Positions 43,721-57,573 of a stretch of 64,000 bases of DNA are shown piece after piece. The notes beneath the pieces were generated by a model. It had not been told where the DNA came from. It saw only the letters and a program-made list of their open reading frames with translations, and ran no database searches. Within the stretch, counting starts at the first letter, position 1; each line of letters opens with the position of its first letter. Source of the stretch: Chrysomallon squamiferum (taxonomy: Eukaryota; Animalia; Mollusca). A program made the translations under genes and the position numbers. Where the stretch lies: NCBI GenBank assembly GCA_012295275.1, contig CM022673.1:12772001-12836000 (forward strand), in the 5' to 3' direction.

Positions 43721-44544
43721 GGTTTTCACAGGAAATGACATCAGGATTCTGTCTCAGTGAGAAGAATGAATACTGATATTTGATGAATACTAATTAAAAC
43801 AGAATAACGTATGTTTGTTAATCAACTGTTGTAACAGTTTTTTTAACAAGAGTTAAGTGAATCATTAAGGTTATGTAGATAACTGATTATTGTTGCTTTT
43901 CTCTGCTACAGATAAATTATGTTTATTCTGCAATCCCTATAAATTGTGGCAAGATATCATGACTAGATAAATTTCTGGCTGCAGACATATATACATAGTG
44001 TTCAAAGTGAACTTATAAATGTTTAATTGATGGATCAGGTCTTAAAAGACCACTCTGAGATAGTTTGAATGTCAGATTGAATGTCGAAAGCAGATTGGCT
44101 TCAAACTTAATGATGGCTTTTTAATGGTTGCATTTGAATCTATTTTCACTTCACCAAAAATTTTTAAATGTCATTGTCAATTAATGTCTTATTTAGAAAA
44201 AAAACTCTAAAAGCAATGATAATTTCTAAATTTACCACTTAACTCATTATTCATCTTCTTTTTTTATTTTTTTTTGCTCTTTTATGCTTTTATTTCATTT
44301 TTATTATTTTTTTATTTCACACTGATTTATACATACATGTCACTGCAGACATTAATTTCTCAATCATCCCATCCTGTGTCTGCCACTTGATGAAAATTAA
44401 TGTTTACAGTGAAACTGGAAAACTCATTAACGTCTGGACTATTGTTTTTAACTGCAGAGAATATAAAACTCATTAACTGTCAGCAAACAGAACATAAAAT
44501 AGATACTTTTTTCAATACCATCTGCTAACAAAAATGTTTGTTAC

Positions 44545-44620
44545 AAACCCTGATGTTGCACCCATTGAGATATTTTCCCATTCCAGAAACTGTCTCATGG
44601 TTGAGGTATATGCTGCCTTG
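44545..44620 (+). mobile_element. SINE-like fragment
   Basis: CCCATTGAGATATTTTCCCATTCCAG...GGTATATGCTGCCTTG is the reverse complement of the recurring core. Confidence 0.4.
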
Positions 44621-44935
44621 TATTAAAATAAAATGTATTATGTGATTATAATTTGTTGCTGATAAGAAACAAATGTAGGTTGTTTCTTCTCAAAAAATAA
44701 TTAAATTAATTTTTCATTGTATGAAATTAATTACTAATGATACTAAAATTTGAAGTTTTGGGTAGAAAGTTGAAATTTTGTTACTAGAGATAATAAAACA
44801 TTTAGGAATAAATAATGTATGTATGGTATATAGATTATAAAATGGTGTACATGTGTCAGAATATTTAAAAGATTTTTTTTTTTATCAGAATATGAAAAAA
44901 TGATTATATATCAGCACTTAATGTCTGTGGATGTA

Positions 44936-44990
<55 letters not shown>

Positions 44991-45052
44991 GTATATATTA
45001 AAATAAGTATAATGACAAACATCTATTAGTTTTAATGTGTTTATGTGATGCA

Positions 45053-45097
<45 letters not shown>

Positions 45098-45319
45098 TGT
45101 GTGTGTGTTAGTATATGACATACAGTATGTTTTAATGTGTTGGATATTATATACAGTATGTAAATGTTTATGTATGCTGGTAGTACAAGGTTATGTGATG
45201 ATCAGTGTGTATGTTGATGATTGTATATGTAATATTTACTTTGTTATGTTCAATGCAGAGTCTGAGGATACTGATATAAGTATACATCTACTGCATGTGC
45301 ATTATATTTAATATGTATG

Positions 45320-45351
<32 letters not shown>

Positions 45352-45904
45352 TTGGGTTGTTTTTCACTATATGTGTGTGTGTATGTATTGATATGTGCAC
45401 TAAAAACATGCATAACATGGGCTTGTGCATTTACTGATATCTGTGTGTACATATACAACACTTGTTTTATATTTAGTATACATTACATAGATTTGATCAG
45501 CACTGTATTTTATCATGTATATGTGTTTTCAAATCAGTTCTGAAAACAGCACATAACATGCAGTGTGTTTGTGTGGGTGTACGTCAGCAAATCTGCATAT
45601 TTGATCTTGATCCAAACATTTGAGTGAAATGAGATCTGAACTGATGTCAAAACAGATTTCAGTTTTCATCATTCACCGAGTCACTTTCATTTGTACGTCA
45701 ACATTTCACAAAACAAGTTGTAGGAATTACATTAACACTTGCACTGAGAGATCAAACAAATAAATATTTAACAAAACTAGGACGCAGAAACTGCAGATTT
45801 CAACCTTTTACAGTCCTCAGCTATCAAACCGTTATCAAAGACTTTTTGTACAGTACTGTTTGTAATATAAAATAAGACAGAAAAATCAGGTTTACTCACT
45901 TTGG

Positions 45905-46100
45905 GAGAATTAGCATGTAAGAGGTCTTTATATGAATTTTACTACAAAGCAGGACAGCACGTCCCGTGGAGTTTTATAAATAAGTCATGTAGCATTGGCT
46001 TGAATTAGAAGATGTCCACTGAAGATAAAACTGAAACTGATTTTGTGAATGAATGAATCTAGGAACAGTCACTCTATCCAAAGGACTACAGCCCAGTCTG
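45905..46100 (-). mobile_element. Degenerate SINE-like element
   Basis: ATTAGCATGTAAGAGGTCTTTATATG...CAGGACAGCAC...AGCATTGGCTTGAA is an antisense match to the 4815 copy. Confidence 0.45.
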
Positions 46101-46412
46101 TACAGACTATTCCTCTACCATGTTAAGTAAATATAATTTAGTTTTAACAGAGGCAGCCTTACAGATGCAGAAACATGTATTACTAATTATCAAGATGTTA
46201 CATCTAGTTTTAATCACTTATAGAGATAGAATCAAGTATTACTAACTCTGCATGTTAAGTAAATAGAAATTACTAGTTTTTATAGAGACTTATAGAGATA
46301 GAATCAAGTATTTCTAATTCTCTATATCATGATAAGTAAACAGAAATTACAGCTCAGCTATTTTTAATTACAGTTCTATATATATTAATACATATATGTA
46401 TGTGTATTAACA

Positions 46413-46462
<50 letters not shown>

Positions 46463-46565
46463 TACATTTAATATTTCTTTAAAAAAAAAAAAAAAACATT
46501 AAACAAGTAGATACTGGTAAGGTTACAAACTTTGATATTCAAACAAAATGTACATCACACAATAG

Positions 46566-46975
46566 TCATACCTTTTCAACTCTGTATCAAAACAGAATCA
46601 TACGAGTGGCATTTAAAGAGATATCGCACAGGCAAAACACCTCAAAGAACTAATTAATTAATACTAACTTATTACACTCTCATTTGTTTCCTTTGAAGCA
46701 GGCACTGACTGAAATCGCCATTCAGACACACTTATAATTTCACATCGGCTAATACCTTTTATGTCCGGCTAATACTTTTGTGTCAGGCTAAAACGTATTA
46801 AGGCAACTTGGGACTCAAAATGGCTCCCATTCTTCATGGAGGCTGTCTACAGGAAATTGTCAGTGTGTGTGTTTCTCACTGTCTAATGAACATTCACACT
46901 GACAGGTGGGGGAAAAGAATCTCGAACTACTCTGGGCTGCTTCCGTTAGTTCTTGCTTGGGCGGTGAAATGGGTT
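46566..46975 (-). promoter_or_regulatory. CpG-retaining patch with a donor at its downstream edge; candidate promoter and non-coding first exon
   Basis: CG cluster at 46600-46970, minus-strand donor AAAG|GTATGA (GT at 46571-46570), and stops in all three frames just before the donor. Confidence 0.35.
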
Positions 46976-47196
46976 TTTGGAACAAATATGAAATTAATGT
47001 TGTGTGTGTGACACAGGGTGGGTGGATGTGTATTGTGTGTAATAAAAAAATCTTATTCAATGTGCTTTAATTGGAGACAGAGATTTTTTTATTTTTTATT
47101 ATTTTTCTTTCTGTTAAGAACTTTAGTGGCCATTTTGCACTTTGCATGTTGTGATTAGTGCTGTTGTTGATTGAACTGTGGTAGTAGCAGTGAAGC

Positions 47197-47229
<33 letters not shown>

Positions 47230-48529
47230 GGATAATAATAAAGCAGTAAAGTGGTCATAACATAATTATTATTATGATGTCTTTTTGTATTTTTTTTTAA
47301 TATCAGATATAATTACTATAAAATAAAAATAAGTAATTATAGAACAAAAAAGGCATTGATAAACAACATACAGAACCATAAACAAACACATACACAAACA
47401 TACAAACACACAAACACATACATACACACATAATATATATATTTATATATACCTACAATGATATAAAATTTTGTTTATTAGAGAATAAATGTCTGTTACA
47501 ATAACCTGCATATAATAACATACACACATACACATATATACAAACATACACACACACACACACATACATACATTCAAAAATACACACACACGCACACATA
47601 CATATAAAAATACACACATACTCATATACATATACACATACATACACACATACACAATGCACATATACACACATACACATACAAACATACTGATACACAG
47701 ATATGCAGACATGCACAGACACATTCAGAGACAGTCACACTGTCAAACATACACACGCACACAAACACATGCACAGACAGACAGAAACAGACATACACAA
47801 TGACACACACAAATACACATATATACAATCACAGACACACACAAACAGACACTATATTCATTCATATTTGTATACAGTGAAATACAAGTTTTCTTTGTGG
47901 GTACTGAAGCATATACTTATATGTAATTCTAGCACAACACAGCTGATGTTGAATATACAAGTTAACGAATACAGATCTGTAAAAAAATCGTAATTATGTT
48001 CCTAACAAGAAATTCCACTAAAATAATTATTCCACATCATTCACCATCTAACAAAAATACATTAATTAGGTAGTATAATATTTCAGCTGATGTTTTACGA
48101 TATTAATGCAACATTTATTTCTTTTGTTTTTCTCTTCTAAACAACTGAAATTTAATTCTGTTAATTTACAAATATTCTCAAAACGCAGATATTTCAAAAA
48201 CGTAAATGAAAATAACTCAAAGCATTGACTCAGAGTATTGATTTTTGTTTTTTCTTTACAAGTTGTCAAGTGCAGAAATGTGGGGGGAAAATGGAATGAA
48301 AGAAAATAATCTAAAATTTATAACATTATAAAAAACATTATGATTTTTGCTGGTGCAGATTTGTAGAGTTTTAAATAGACAGAACAGATTTTTTTTTTAT
48401 ATATTTCAAAAAGGAAACAACTTATTAATGAAGTCAGCTATTTGTAAAAAAAAAAAATTAAAAAGTTTATGTGTATGACAAATGATTTTTCTGTAACACT
48501 GTGAGAGTAGAACCTCTTCATTACAACAG

Positions 48530-48730
48530 CATGGGTTACTCTTACCAATTAGCAATAAAGGATACTTTTACATTCACCTTCCTATAAACAGAAAAAAATC
48601 AGATATCTTCTCAAAGCCAGAAAAGTGTTTACTTTGAAAAACAAGTTATGAGATTCTGTCTGGAATGGAAAAAAGCTAACATGAAAATGAAGAAGAAATG
48701 AACCAATCACTTACCACAAGAGGGAGCAAT
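48530..48730 (-). mobile_element. Degenerate SINE-like element
   Basis: GGGTTACTCTTACCAATTAGCAATAAAGGATACTTTTACAT...CCTATAAACAG...TGGAATGGAAAAAAGCT. Confidence 0.45.
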
Positions 48731-49280
48731 TATTGTTAGTTTTTTTTTTCCTAAACAAAAACCAACAACAAAAAAACCCAACAAAATAAACAAAAAACAA
48801 AGACAGGAGCATTTCTGGAATGGGCTATATAGCTCAAAGAGTACATTCAAGAAAATGATACCAGTATTTTTGACCCATTGCATATCAGATCTGTAAGCTA
48901 AATATTAAACTACAAAGAAATTACGAAAGGAAGTAAAACATTTGATAAAACACATGGTGATAACTGGTTGGACTGAGAAATATCTTAATAGGGGCAGCAG
49001 TGAAGTTTCAGGAAAAAATTTTTAGCACTGAGTTACAGCCTTCCTCAAAGGAATTACTGTAGACATAATGAAAAATGACACATCTGAAGTACAAACCAAA
49101 GAGACCCTTTAAGAAATTCTGCATGTCTGTAATCAATAAATACATTTAGTGTTTTCTCAAGTTTTTTGCTGTTATGAAGTTAAGTATCAGATGTGGCTAG
49201 AAATAAATTAATGATGGAATGATTATTTGTTTAAATCAGCATCTCAACACAGAAGTTAATATTTACCTAATTTGATTTTA

Positions 49281-49361
<81 letters not shown>

Positions 49362-49519
49362 AAATAATGATCATCCAGAAGAAAGTGTCCACCATTGCAA
49401 TCATTTTTCTACATCCTTCAACATTAACAGATATTTATGAGTTTACTAATATGAGTATTATTATATATATATATATAGGTATTAATAAAACAACATCTAA
49501 GCAATGGTTTATACAACTA

Positions 49520-49521
49520 TA

Positions 49522-49570
<49 letters not shown>

Positions 49571-49647
49571 GTAATAATAGTTATAATAAAACAATGATAA
49601 TAATAGTAGTAATTGAAGTTGTAGTAGTAGTAATAATAATAATGATG

Positions 49648-49713
<66 letters not shown>

Positions 49714-50636
49714 GCTAATAGCCATAATAACAGCAGCAACAACAACAACATTAACAATACTTATAACAATAATAATACCAATAATAAAACAAAAATAATA
49801 AAAATATTAATAACAGCAGTATTATTAACAAAATGAAATGAAATTCTTTACGCCAACATAAACACATCTGTTACAGGAAATAATATAATAATAATAACAA
49901 TATAAATATTGAACAGGAAGACTGCAAATATAGAAATAATCATTTTAGTTCTGTGATGTGTATACCAGTTTTAAATAACAATTCTGTGTGACATTATCTC
50001 AGTTTTCATCAAAACAGTTATTTATAAAAGGAGAGATAAAATAATCATAAAAATTCTGCGGTGTTTTGTTACATGTTGAATAAGAAAATATTATGTATGA
50101 TTTAAATTACACCTTTCATGATAATAGTTTAACACATAATTCAGGAAAGGTTAAAAAAATAAATTATAAGATCCAACAGTACATATTAAGCACACACACC
50201 CCAACCAAAAAAACAAAATTATTTTGTTATGTTATATTTTACATTTGAATTTTGTTGTAGTAATTAAATATAAAAACAGAAATGATAAAATATTAGTACT
50301 AGTAATAATAAAAATTGCAGTAAGAATAATAGTAATAATAATAGCAATAATAATAATATATTAATAGTAATAATAGTAGTAATAATAATAATAATAATAA
50401 TAATAATATTTATAATAATAATAAAAACAATAATAATAATAATAATAATAATAACAGTGATAATAATAATAAACAATAATAACAGTAATAATAATAGTGA
50501 TAATATAATAAGCAATAATAATAGTTATAATAGCAGTTGTAGTAATAATAATAATAATAACAACATCAATAAGTGTAATAATAATAATAGTAATAATAAC
50601 AATATTATTAATAATAATAATAATAATAACAGTAAC
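49520..50636. repeat. (AAT)n-rich tracts (49520-49810 and 50300-50636)
   Basis: Directly visible. Confidence 0.9.
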
Positions 50637-50919
50637 AACAAGAACAACAACAGTAATGCTAAATATCTATTAAAGATATTCAACACATTTCTGTGAACGA
50701 TTATGAGACGTTGAGACATCAGACACACGGGCACTCTAACCACTCACACATCAACTTACATACAAACACCCACCCACACCATGGATTTACATCAAATAAA
50801 CTTCATTGTGAAGATTTCTTTTATAATCACCTTCAGCACGAGGAAGTGAAGAAAGTTTTACTAAATTAAAAATTCACAAACAGTTAATTTGATAGCAAGG
50901 CACTCTCCTCTCCATCTCT
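50637..50919 (+). repeat. Left arm of a ~280-bp inverted duplication
   Basis: Reverse complement of 55402-55681, with 5 substitutions and 2 small indels counted by eye. Confidence 0.95.
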
Positions 50920-51638
50920 AACAATAACAATAACAACAGACATGTAAAATAATTCTACAGGTGTTAGTGACAAGACAATTAAAAAAAAAATGTTAAATTA
51001 CACTTTACATCATCATCAAAATTTTGTCATGGGCAAATAAGAAATAAAAACAGAAATGACCAAAACAAAAAGGTCAAAATATTTATGTACAGTTATCACT
51101 AAATAACAAGACGTTACATAAGACTCTATTACAGGTGCTGTGAGGTTTTCCATTTTGCCGCTGTAATTGTCTCTGTTACATCACAAGTCAACACTGGTTT
51201 GCTTTATGTCTAGTTAATTGTTTGTTCTTCTTTTCAAAATTCATCACACTCTGTTTGTTAGGCTGCTAAATGTAATGATTATCAACAAATGCCCCATTAG
51301 ATAAGCTGTCAGTCTCGTTAAGGTTCAAACTGCACCTTGCTGATTCTGTTATAGTGTCATCACTTTCGCATTCTTTAATAACGTGACTTAAAGGAGACGA
51401 CAGATCACAAAAACAAATGAGGTGATTTTAAAAATGTACAACACCAACCACTAACTCCTCAGTCTAACCTTGTAACATACTAACTGAACGCTTGAATCTC
51501 AGCTCAAAAGATTCTATAACTATTTTGTTGTTTAAAATAATTTGTTATTGTTATTATTATTATTGCTATTGTTGTTGTGGTTGCTGTTGTTGTAAGTATA
51601 CATATATTCACATTATGGTATAGACAGGGTTATTTTGA

Positions 51639-51670
<32 letters not shown>

Positions 51671-53094
51671 TCAATAATTAAAAATATTTAAAATTGATTT
51701 TGCTTTTATGTTATTAATTTTGAAAAATGTCAACTGAATTAGTAAATAACAAACACATAAAATTTAAATAATAAAAAGAAGGAAAGAAAACAAAACATCA
51801 AAAAATAATAATAAAACAAAAAACCGAAAACAACAAAAGACAATAACCATAAAGCCATGGATTTAAGAAATAAATATAAATAATTTAAAAAAAAAAAAAA
51901 AAAAAGTTAAATTAAGCTTAGTTTTGCAATGATAAATTTTATTACAAATACATTTTATTTCAATGAGATCTGAAGACTGAAAAATTCTATGATGTTTACT
52001 TTTATACAGTTCCACATCTTCTCATCAAACATTTATTAAATACACTCATCTATCATCAAGAAAATGAAGAAAGTTTTGTGTGTGTGTGTGTGTGTATGTC
52101 TGTGTGTGTGTGTGTCCAACTGAAATAAAAAAGTAGTTTTAATTTTTGATTAAGTAACTGATTTAATTTTCTATTATGAAGATCACAATTTTCTTTTCTT
52201 CTTTTTTTTTTTATACCACAAATAACAATTATTATGAGTAAATTATGATTTTTTTTTTAAAATAATGAAATTTGCATGACACCAGCAAGAAATCTTTTAC
52301 AAGAATCTTGTGACAGACTGGGTAACACACCCCACAGAGTTTATAAATTTACTGCAGATACTAAACAGGATTCAAAATGGCTTAATGAGATGGGAGAATT
52401 AAAAAAAAAATTATGGTCGTTTCAATATTAATATTAATGACCTTTTATCATGATGATGTATTATTAAGATAATGACACTAGTAGAAACCAGTATTAGTTG
52501 CAACATGAGAAGAGTGGTTATTGTTATTTTTATTATTTTGTATTTCTATTCAAGATAAGCTTATTATTTATTTGTTATTATTATTAAGATGATGATTGAT
52601 TATGGTGATATTATTATTCACTAGTAGTGGTATTAGTTGCAATAGTGCATTATTTTTATTAACATCATTATTGTTTATTATTATTTTATTGTTTTAATTG
52701 TTGTTGTTCATTAACATCAACATCATTGTTGTTGTTGTTGTTGTTGTTGTTATTATTATTATTATTATTATCATTATTGATAAAGATATTTTTTTAATAT
52801 TTACTTTTCCATCAAACAGGTAAGCACATACCACAATCTTTCAGAGAACAAACACTGTGGACTTATATATAAATCTAACACACTATTAACTAATTGAACG
52901 CCCACACAACAGTGTTTCAAAGAACAGACAGTACAAATGGCCGCACACGAATCTGGTACATTTTAACTTCACTTCTGTCCAGTCCATTTCTCCAACAACA
53001 TTCTCAGGAGAGGTAGAGGAAGAAAATAATCAGATTTGTGAATTCTGAGCTCTCATTCTTCTTTCTCAGACAACACTTGTCCCTTCTTGAGAGT

Positions 53095-53450
53095 CTCTTT
53101 ATCAACCCTCTGAAATCTGCTTATGGTCAGTGGACATTCAAGCACATCTATGCCTGGCAAGCTGGATCATCTGCATATAACATTGTTAGTTTGTTAGATT
53201 ATTAATTATGATAGAATAGAGTGTCTAGTGGTCCTTTTTATTATAAGCACTTTATCAGACAGTCAGTTATCTAAAATATGCTTGCATCCAGCCAGTGAAG
53301 ATTCAAGTATATCTCTGCTAGGCAAACAATCTGAAAGCTTGGATTATCTGTATATAATGTTGTTAGTATTAGTGTGACAGTTAGAAAATTTTTGTAGTAA
53401 TTTTATATGACATGCACTTAATCATTCAATTTTCTGAAATATAATTACAC
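53095..53450 (+). repeat. Degenerate ~170-190-bp tandem duplication (2-2.5 copies)
   Basis: TCTGAAATCTGCTT...CAGTGGACATTCAAG...GGATCATCTGCATATAACATTGTTAGT matches TCTAAAATATGCTT...CAGTGAAGATTCAAG...GGATTATCTGTATATAATGTTGTTAGT. Confidence 0.7.
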
Positions 53451-55401
53451 ATCCATTTTCAGTACAGTCTAAAATCCTGTATGATCTTATGATAAGATGT
53501 ATATTAGTTAGACCCAAGGATATTTGACCTAAGTTCCTGCCAGTTATCAAGTTAATGTCTTAACCAATGTATTACTGAAACAATTCAAAACTGGTGATGT
53601 GGTAATGAAGTGTAATGAATGGTAGTACAAAACAATAATAATAACAAATAAATAAAAAATAAAAAAAAAATAAACTGTAGCTTAAGAAATAGTTGTATAA
53701 AAAAAATATTAGTTTAAAACATTATTGAATAAAAAAATGTGTGTATGTGTGTGTGTGTGTATATTTATATTATGTCTTCATATATGTGTGTACTAATGGT
53801 TTTTTGGTTGTTACATCTCATATTTAAAAAGTAATTAGTTTTTACTGACATTACTACATCATTTAACATGACAGTGAATTTTACAGTTGAAATTATCCAG
53901 ATCTCAACAATAATCTAACTTTTTGTCAGACCTGATAGTTTTGATACAAACCACAAACACAATTATCATACAAACATACAAACAATGAGTTTGTCAAACA
54001 ACATTTCATGTCTGTGTATGTGTGTGTGTGTGTGTGTATGTTTATGTGTGTGTGTATGTGTGTGTATGTGAGTGAATGCATATGTGCCTTGTATGTTATA
54101 GATTTTGTATTGATTCTTCTTACATATACTCTAGTGGTGTTAATGTATATCTTGAATACACACACTCAAACACAAACACATGCATGCACACACACATACA
54201 CACATATACATATACATTTATTACTTATTTGTTTCATATTCAAGTCTCTGTCTGTTAGTTTAACATGTGATTTTCACATTTGTTTCAGTGATCCAGTCTT
54301 TCCTAATAATAATATAGTTTATCATATGAGATCTTACAGGGAAAAGTAAAGAAAATAGAAAGAAAGAAAGAAGAAAAGAAAAAGGATTAACAGATAGATG
54401 AGTCGTTATTTTATTATTATTAACATTATTACTTTTATATTTATTATTATAATTGTTGTTATTTTATTAGTAGTAGTAGTACATTATCATCATTATCATT
54501 ACCATCGTTATCATCAGCTCATTATTATATTACCATTAAAAATATAATTTTTCTTTTTAATTACCATCATAATTACCATGATTATTATGATAATTATTTT
54601 TATTATTCATAAAAAAAAAAGAATTATATTTTCTTCTGTTGTTATCTCAGTTATGACATCTTTATTTTTTTTTCTACACCTCATTACTTTGTCTTCTCAT
54701 GTTTTCTGTTCATTATATATATTTTTCTTCTTTTTCTTTTCTTTTTTCACAAACAGCACAAGACTTCAAAGCATGTCTGTTTTTCTTATTTATGACAAGA
54801 ATGACAATTTATTTTAATTAGAAATTTTTTCATGATAATTAGTACAAATAAGCTCAGTTTATGCTAGCATGATTTTCAGACAGACAGAAAGAGAGGTAAT
54901 GAGTGAGAGAGAGATAAAGTATGTGAGACAGAAAAGGAGAGAAAGAAAGAAAGTGTCAGAGAGATTAAGAACGAGAGAAAAGTGAGAGATAAAAAGACGG
55001 ATATAATGGAGAGGATGTATCATACATGAAGTAAATATACAGAGGTTGATATAAAAAGGAAAAGAGAGAAAAGACGGTAAAGAAAGAGAGAGGAATAAAA
55101 ATTCAGAAACAGAGATAAGGTGACAGCAGCAGTAGAAAGCAGAAGACAGAACAACTGAGAATGAAAAAATGAATAAGGAAGAAAAAAAAAGGGGAGAAAA
55201 ACACGTAAATGACAGAAAACATTTATCATTTCATCAAAAGAGCAAAACTATGTCAGCACTTTATTGCTAACGAAGCCTCAAAAATCATCTCAAACCAAAT
55301 CACTGGGTATTAAAACAGAGACTGAACTCTCTTGATGAATTACATGTGACAAACATCGTGGTTGTGAGATGGGTTTAACCACCTTGTTTGATTAAAGGAA
55401 G

Positions 55402-55681
55402 AGAGATGGAGAGGAGAGTGCCTTGCCATCAAATTAACTGTTTGTGAATTTTTAATTTAGTAAAACTTTCTTCACTTCCTCGTGCTGAAGGTGATTATAA
55501 AAGAAATCTTCATAATGAAGTTTATTTGATGTAAATCCATGGTGTGGGTGTTTGTATGTAAGTTGATGTGTGAGTGGTTAGAGTGCCCGTGTGTCTGAAT
55601 GTCTCAATGTCTCATAATCGTTCACAGCAATGTGTTGAATATATTTAATAGATATTTAGCATTACTGTTGTTGTTCTTGTT
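55402..55681 (-). repeat. Right arm of a ~280-bp inverted duplication
   Basis: AGAGATGGAGAGGAGAGTGCCTTG...CATTACTGTTGTTGTTCTTGTT is the reverse complement of 50637-50919. Confidence 0.95.
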
Positions 55682-56759
55682 TTTATATCTTATTGTTATT
55701 ATTATTATTAGTAGTAGTAGTAATAGCAGTAATAGTAGTGGGACAAGTAATACAGTTATTATTATTATTATTAATAGATATTATTGTTATTTGTGTTATT
55801 ATTATTATTATTATGATTAGTTATTATTGTTATTTGTGTTATTATTAGTGTTGTTGTTGTTGTTGTTGTTGATGATGTAAATTTCTGTACAAAATAGTTT
55901 TTTTCATTCTTATCAAAAATGATAAATAAATTAAAAAAAACAACAAAAAACACAACAGTTATTTGTGGCATATCACAAAACACAAACATTTTGCCAAAGA
56001 ATATCATTTCTTCAAAAATATTATCAGTGACAGAAAAGAAACGAAACCTAAAAATAGCTGTAAGGAACAATATTCTTTTCATATAAATGAGTCTTCATAA
56101 AAAACATCATTTTCAATTAAAAAAAAATCCATCTGGATTAAAAGGGATCATGAAAGGCATGAAGAACAAATTTCAATGAAGAAATATTTAAAAACATGAG
56201 AACAACCAGAGGATATGAATATAAATAACTTTTTTTTTGGCTTGGTAACAAAACTTTTCAAAAAGTAATTCCACTTTTCTGCTTTCCCTTCAAGCGTAAA
56301 AGATGTTTCCTCATAAAAATGAATCTTCAGTTTAAAAAGGAAAAAAAAAAGTATTTTTAAAAATTTCAAAATTGGAATTTGAAAAAGTGTTGAAAAGGAG
56401 TTTTAAAATACAAAGAAGACTTTTTGGTAGAAAGTGTAAATATCAAAAATGAAACAAAGTGACACAGAAAAATGTATAAAAAAGTTAGCAGTAATTTAGC
56501 AAAAACCTCAACAGCAACATCAACAACAGTACATGTAGTAACAATTGATAGTATCAGTGACAGTAGATGTTATAGACATAATTGTAGTGGTAGTGGTAGT
56601 AAAATTAGTAGTAATAATATAATAATAATATAATAATAACCATCATCATCATTAATACTGATGTCATTTCTACCCAGTACAAGACATGTATATTTTTTAC
56701 TCAGCATATTTTAATATTAACAGTTATTATTAAATTTATCACATAGTTAAATATTAGAG

Positions 56760-57025
56760 CAGAAACCTGTTGCTGCCACACTAGCTTTAATAAAAGCAGC
56801 AAGGATTATTTTCTAAGGACCTTGACATAAATCAAGTACGTTGTGGGAACGTGGTTGGAATGGAAAATAACTTATCTAGCAGATGCAACTGAATTGATCT
56901 GATATCTTCTAAGACGTTCACACAGGGTGTTGTCTGGAATTGGAGTAGTCTTTCAAGGACACCAAAGGGGTGGGGGTGTTTGAACCTGTGCCCTTTTGCT
57001 GATCTGTAAACCATTCCTTCTATCC
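56760..57025 (-). mobile_element. SINE-like element plus an adjacent B-box-bearing SINE fragment
   Basis: GAAACCTGTTGCTGCCAC...AGCAGCAAGGATTATTTT...GGTTGGAATGGAAAATAACT, followed by TCAAGGACAC...GTTTGAACC (B-box-like GGTTCAAAC on the minus strand). Confidence 0.45.
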
Positions 57026-57537
57026 TGCAAATACTGTTATGTTTTCAATCTTGGCAACAGCACAAATTTATGATTTGTAGATCAAGATGAAACATAGAAT
57101 AAATTTTACACCACATCTGGTTTATAACAGTAAATGAGACATGATAAAAAAAAAAAAAAAAGGAAGAAATACTTAATTTTCTCTAATTTCATTACATGTT
57201 TAATTACCATGCGGAGAGTTCTGAAAGATGAAAATTACTTAGTATGGTAAACACCTGTCTTCAGGACTGATAAGGGTAGCCATGTTTTTTAAGACTTGCT
57301 AATGTAATGATGATTTACATCCTCATATCTCAACTGATAACCATGGCACACTTTTCCTATCAAGTTTTTGATTCTTTATCATTGGTAAAGATTGAATGTA
57401 TATATTCCATCTTTCTGTTATAGATTTACATTAGTAAATATGGTAAATTTATATTAGAATGTAACAGTAAATATTCAACTTATAATTATTATTCGTGTGC
57501 GTATGTGTCTGTGTGTGTCATTGTATTTAAACAATTA

Positions 57538-57573
<36 letters not shown>

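Noticed and set aside
45890-45905. Strong minus-strand donor AAA|GTGAGT
   Set aside because: It sits at the end of a SINE-like fragment with no matching acceptor or ORF, so it cannot be supported as an exon.
52790-52845. Plus-strand TTTTCCATCAAACAG|GTAAGC resembling a ratchet point
   Set aside because: It matches the SINE-like body (ACAGG..AGCACATACCAC, compare the reverse complement at 4901-4920), lies on the opposite strand from the gene, and has no downstream donor.
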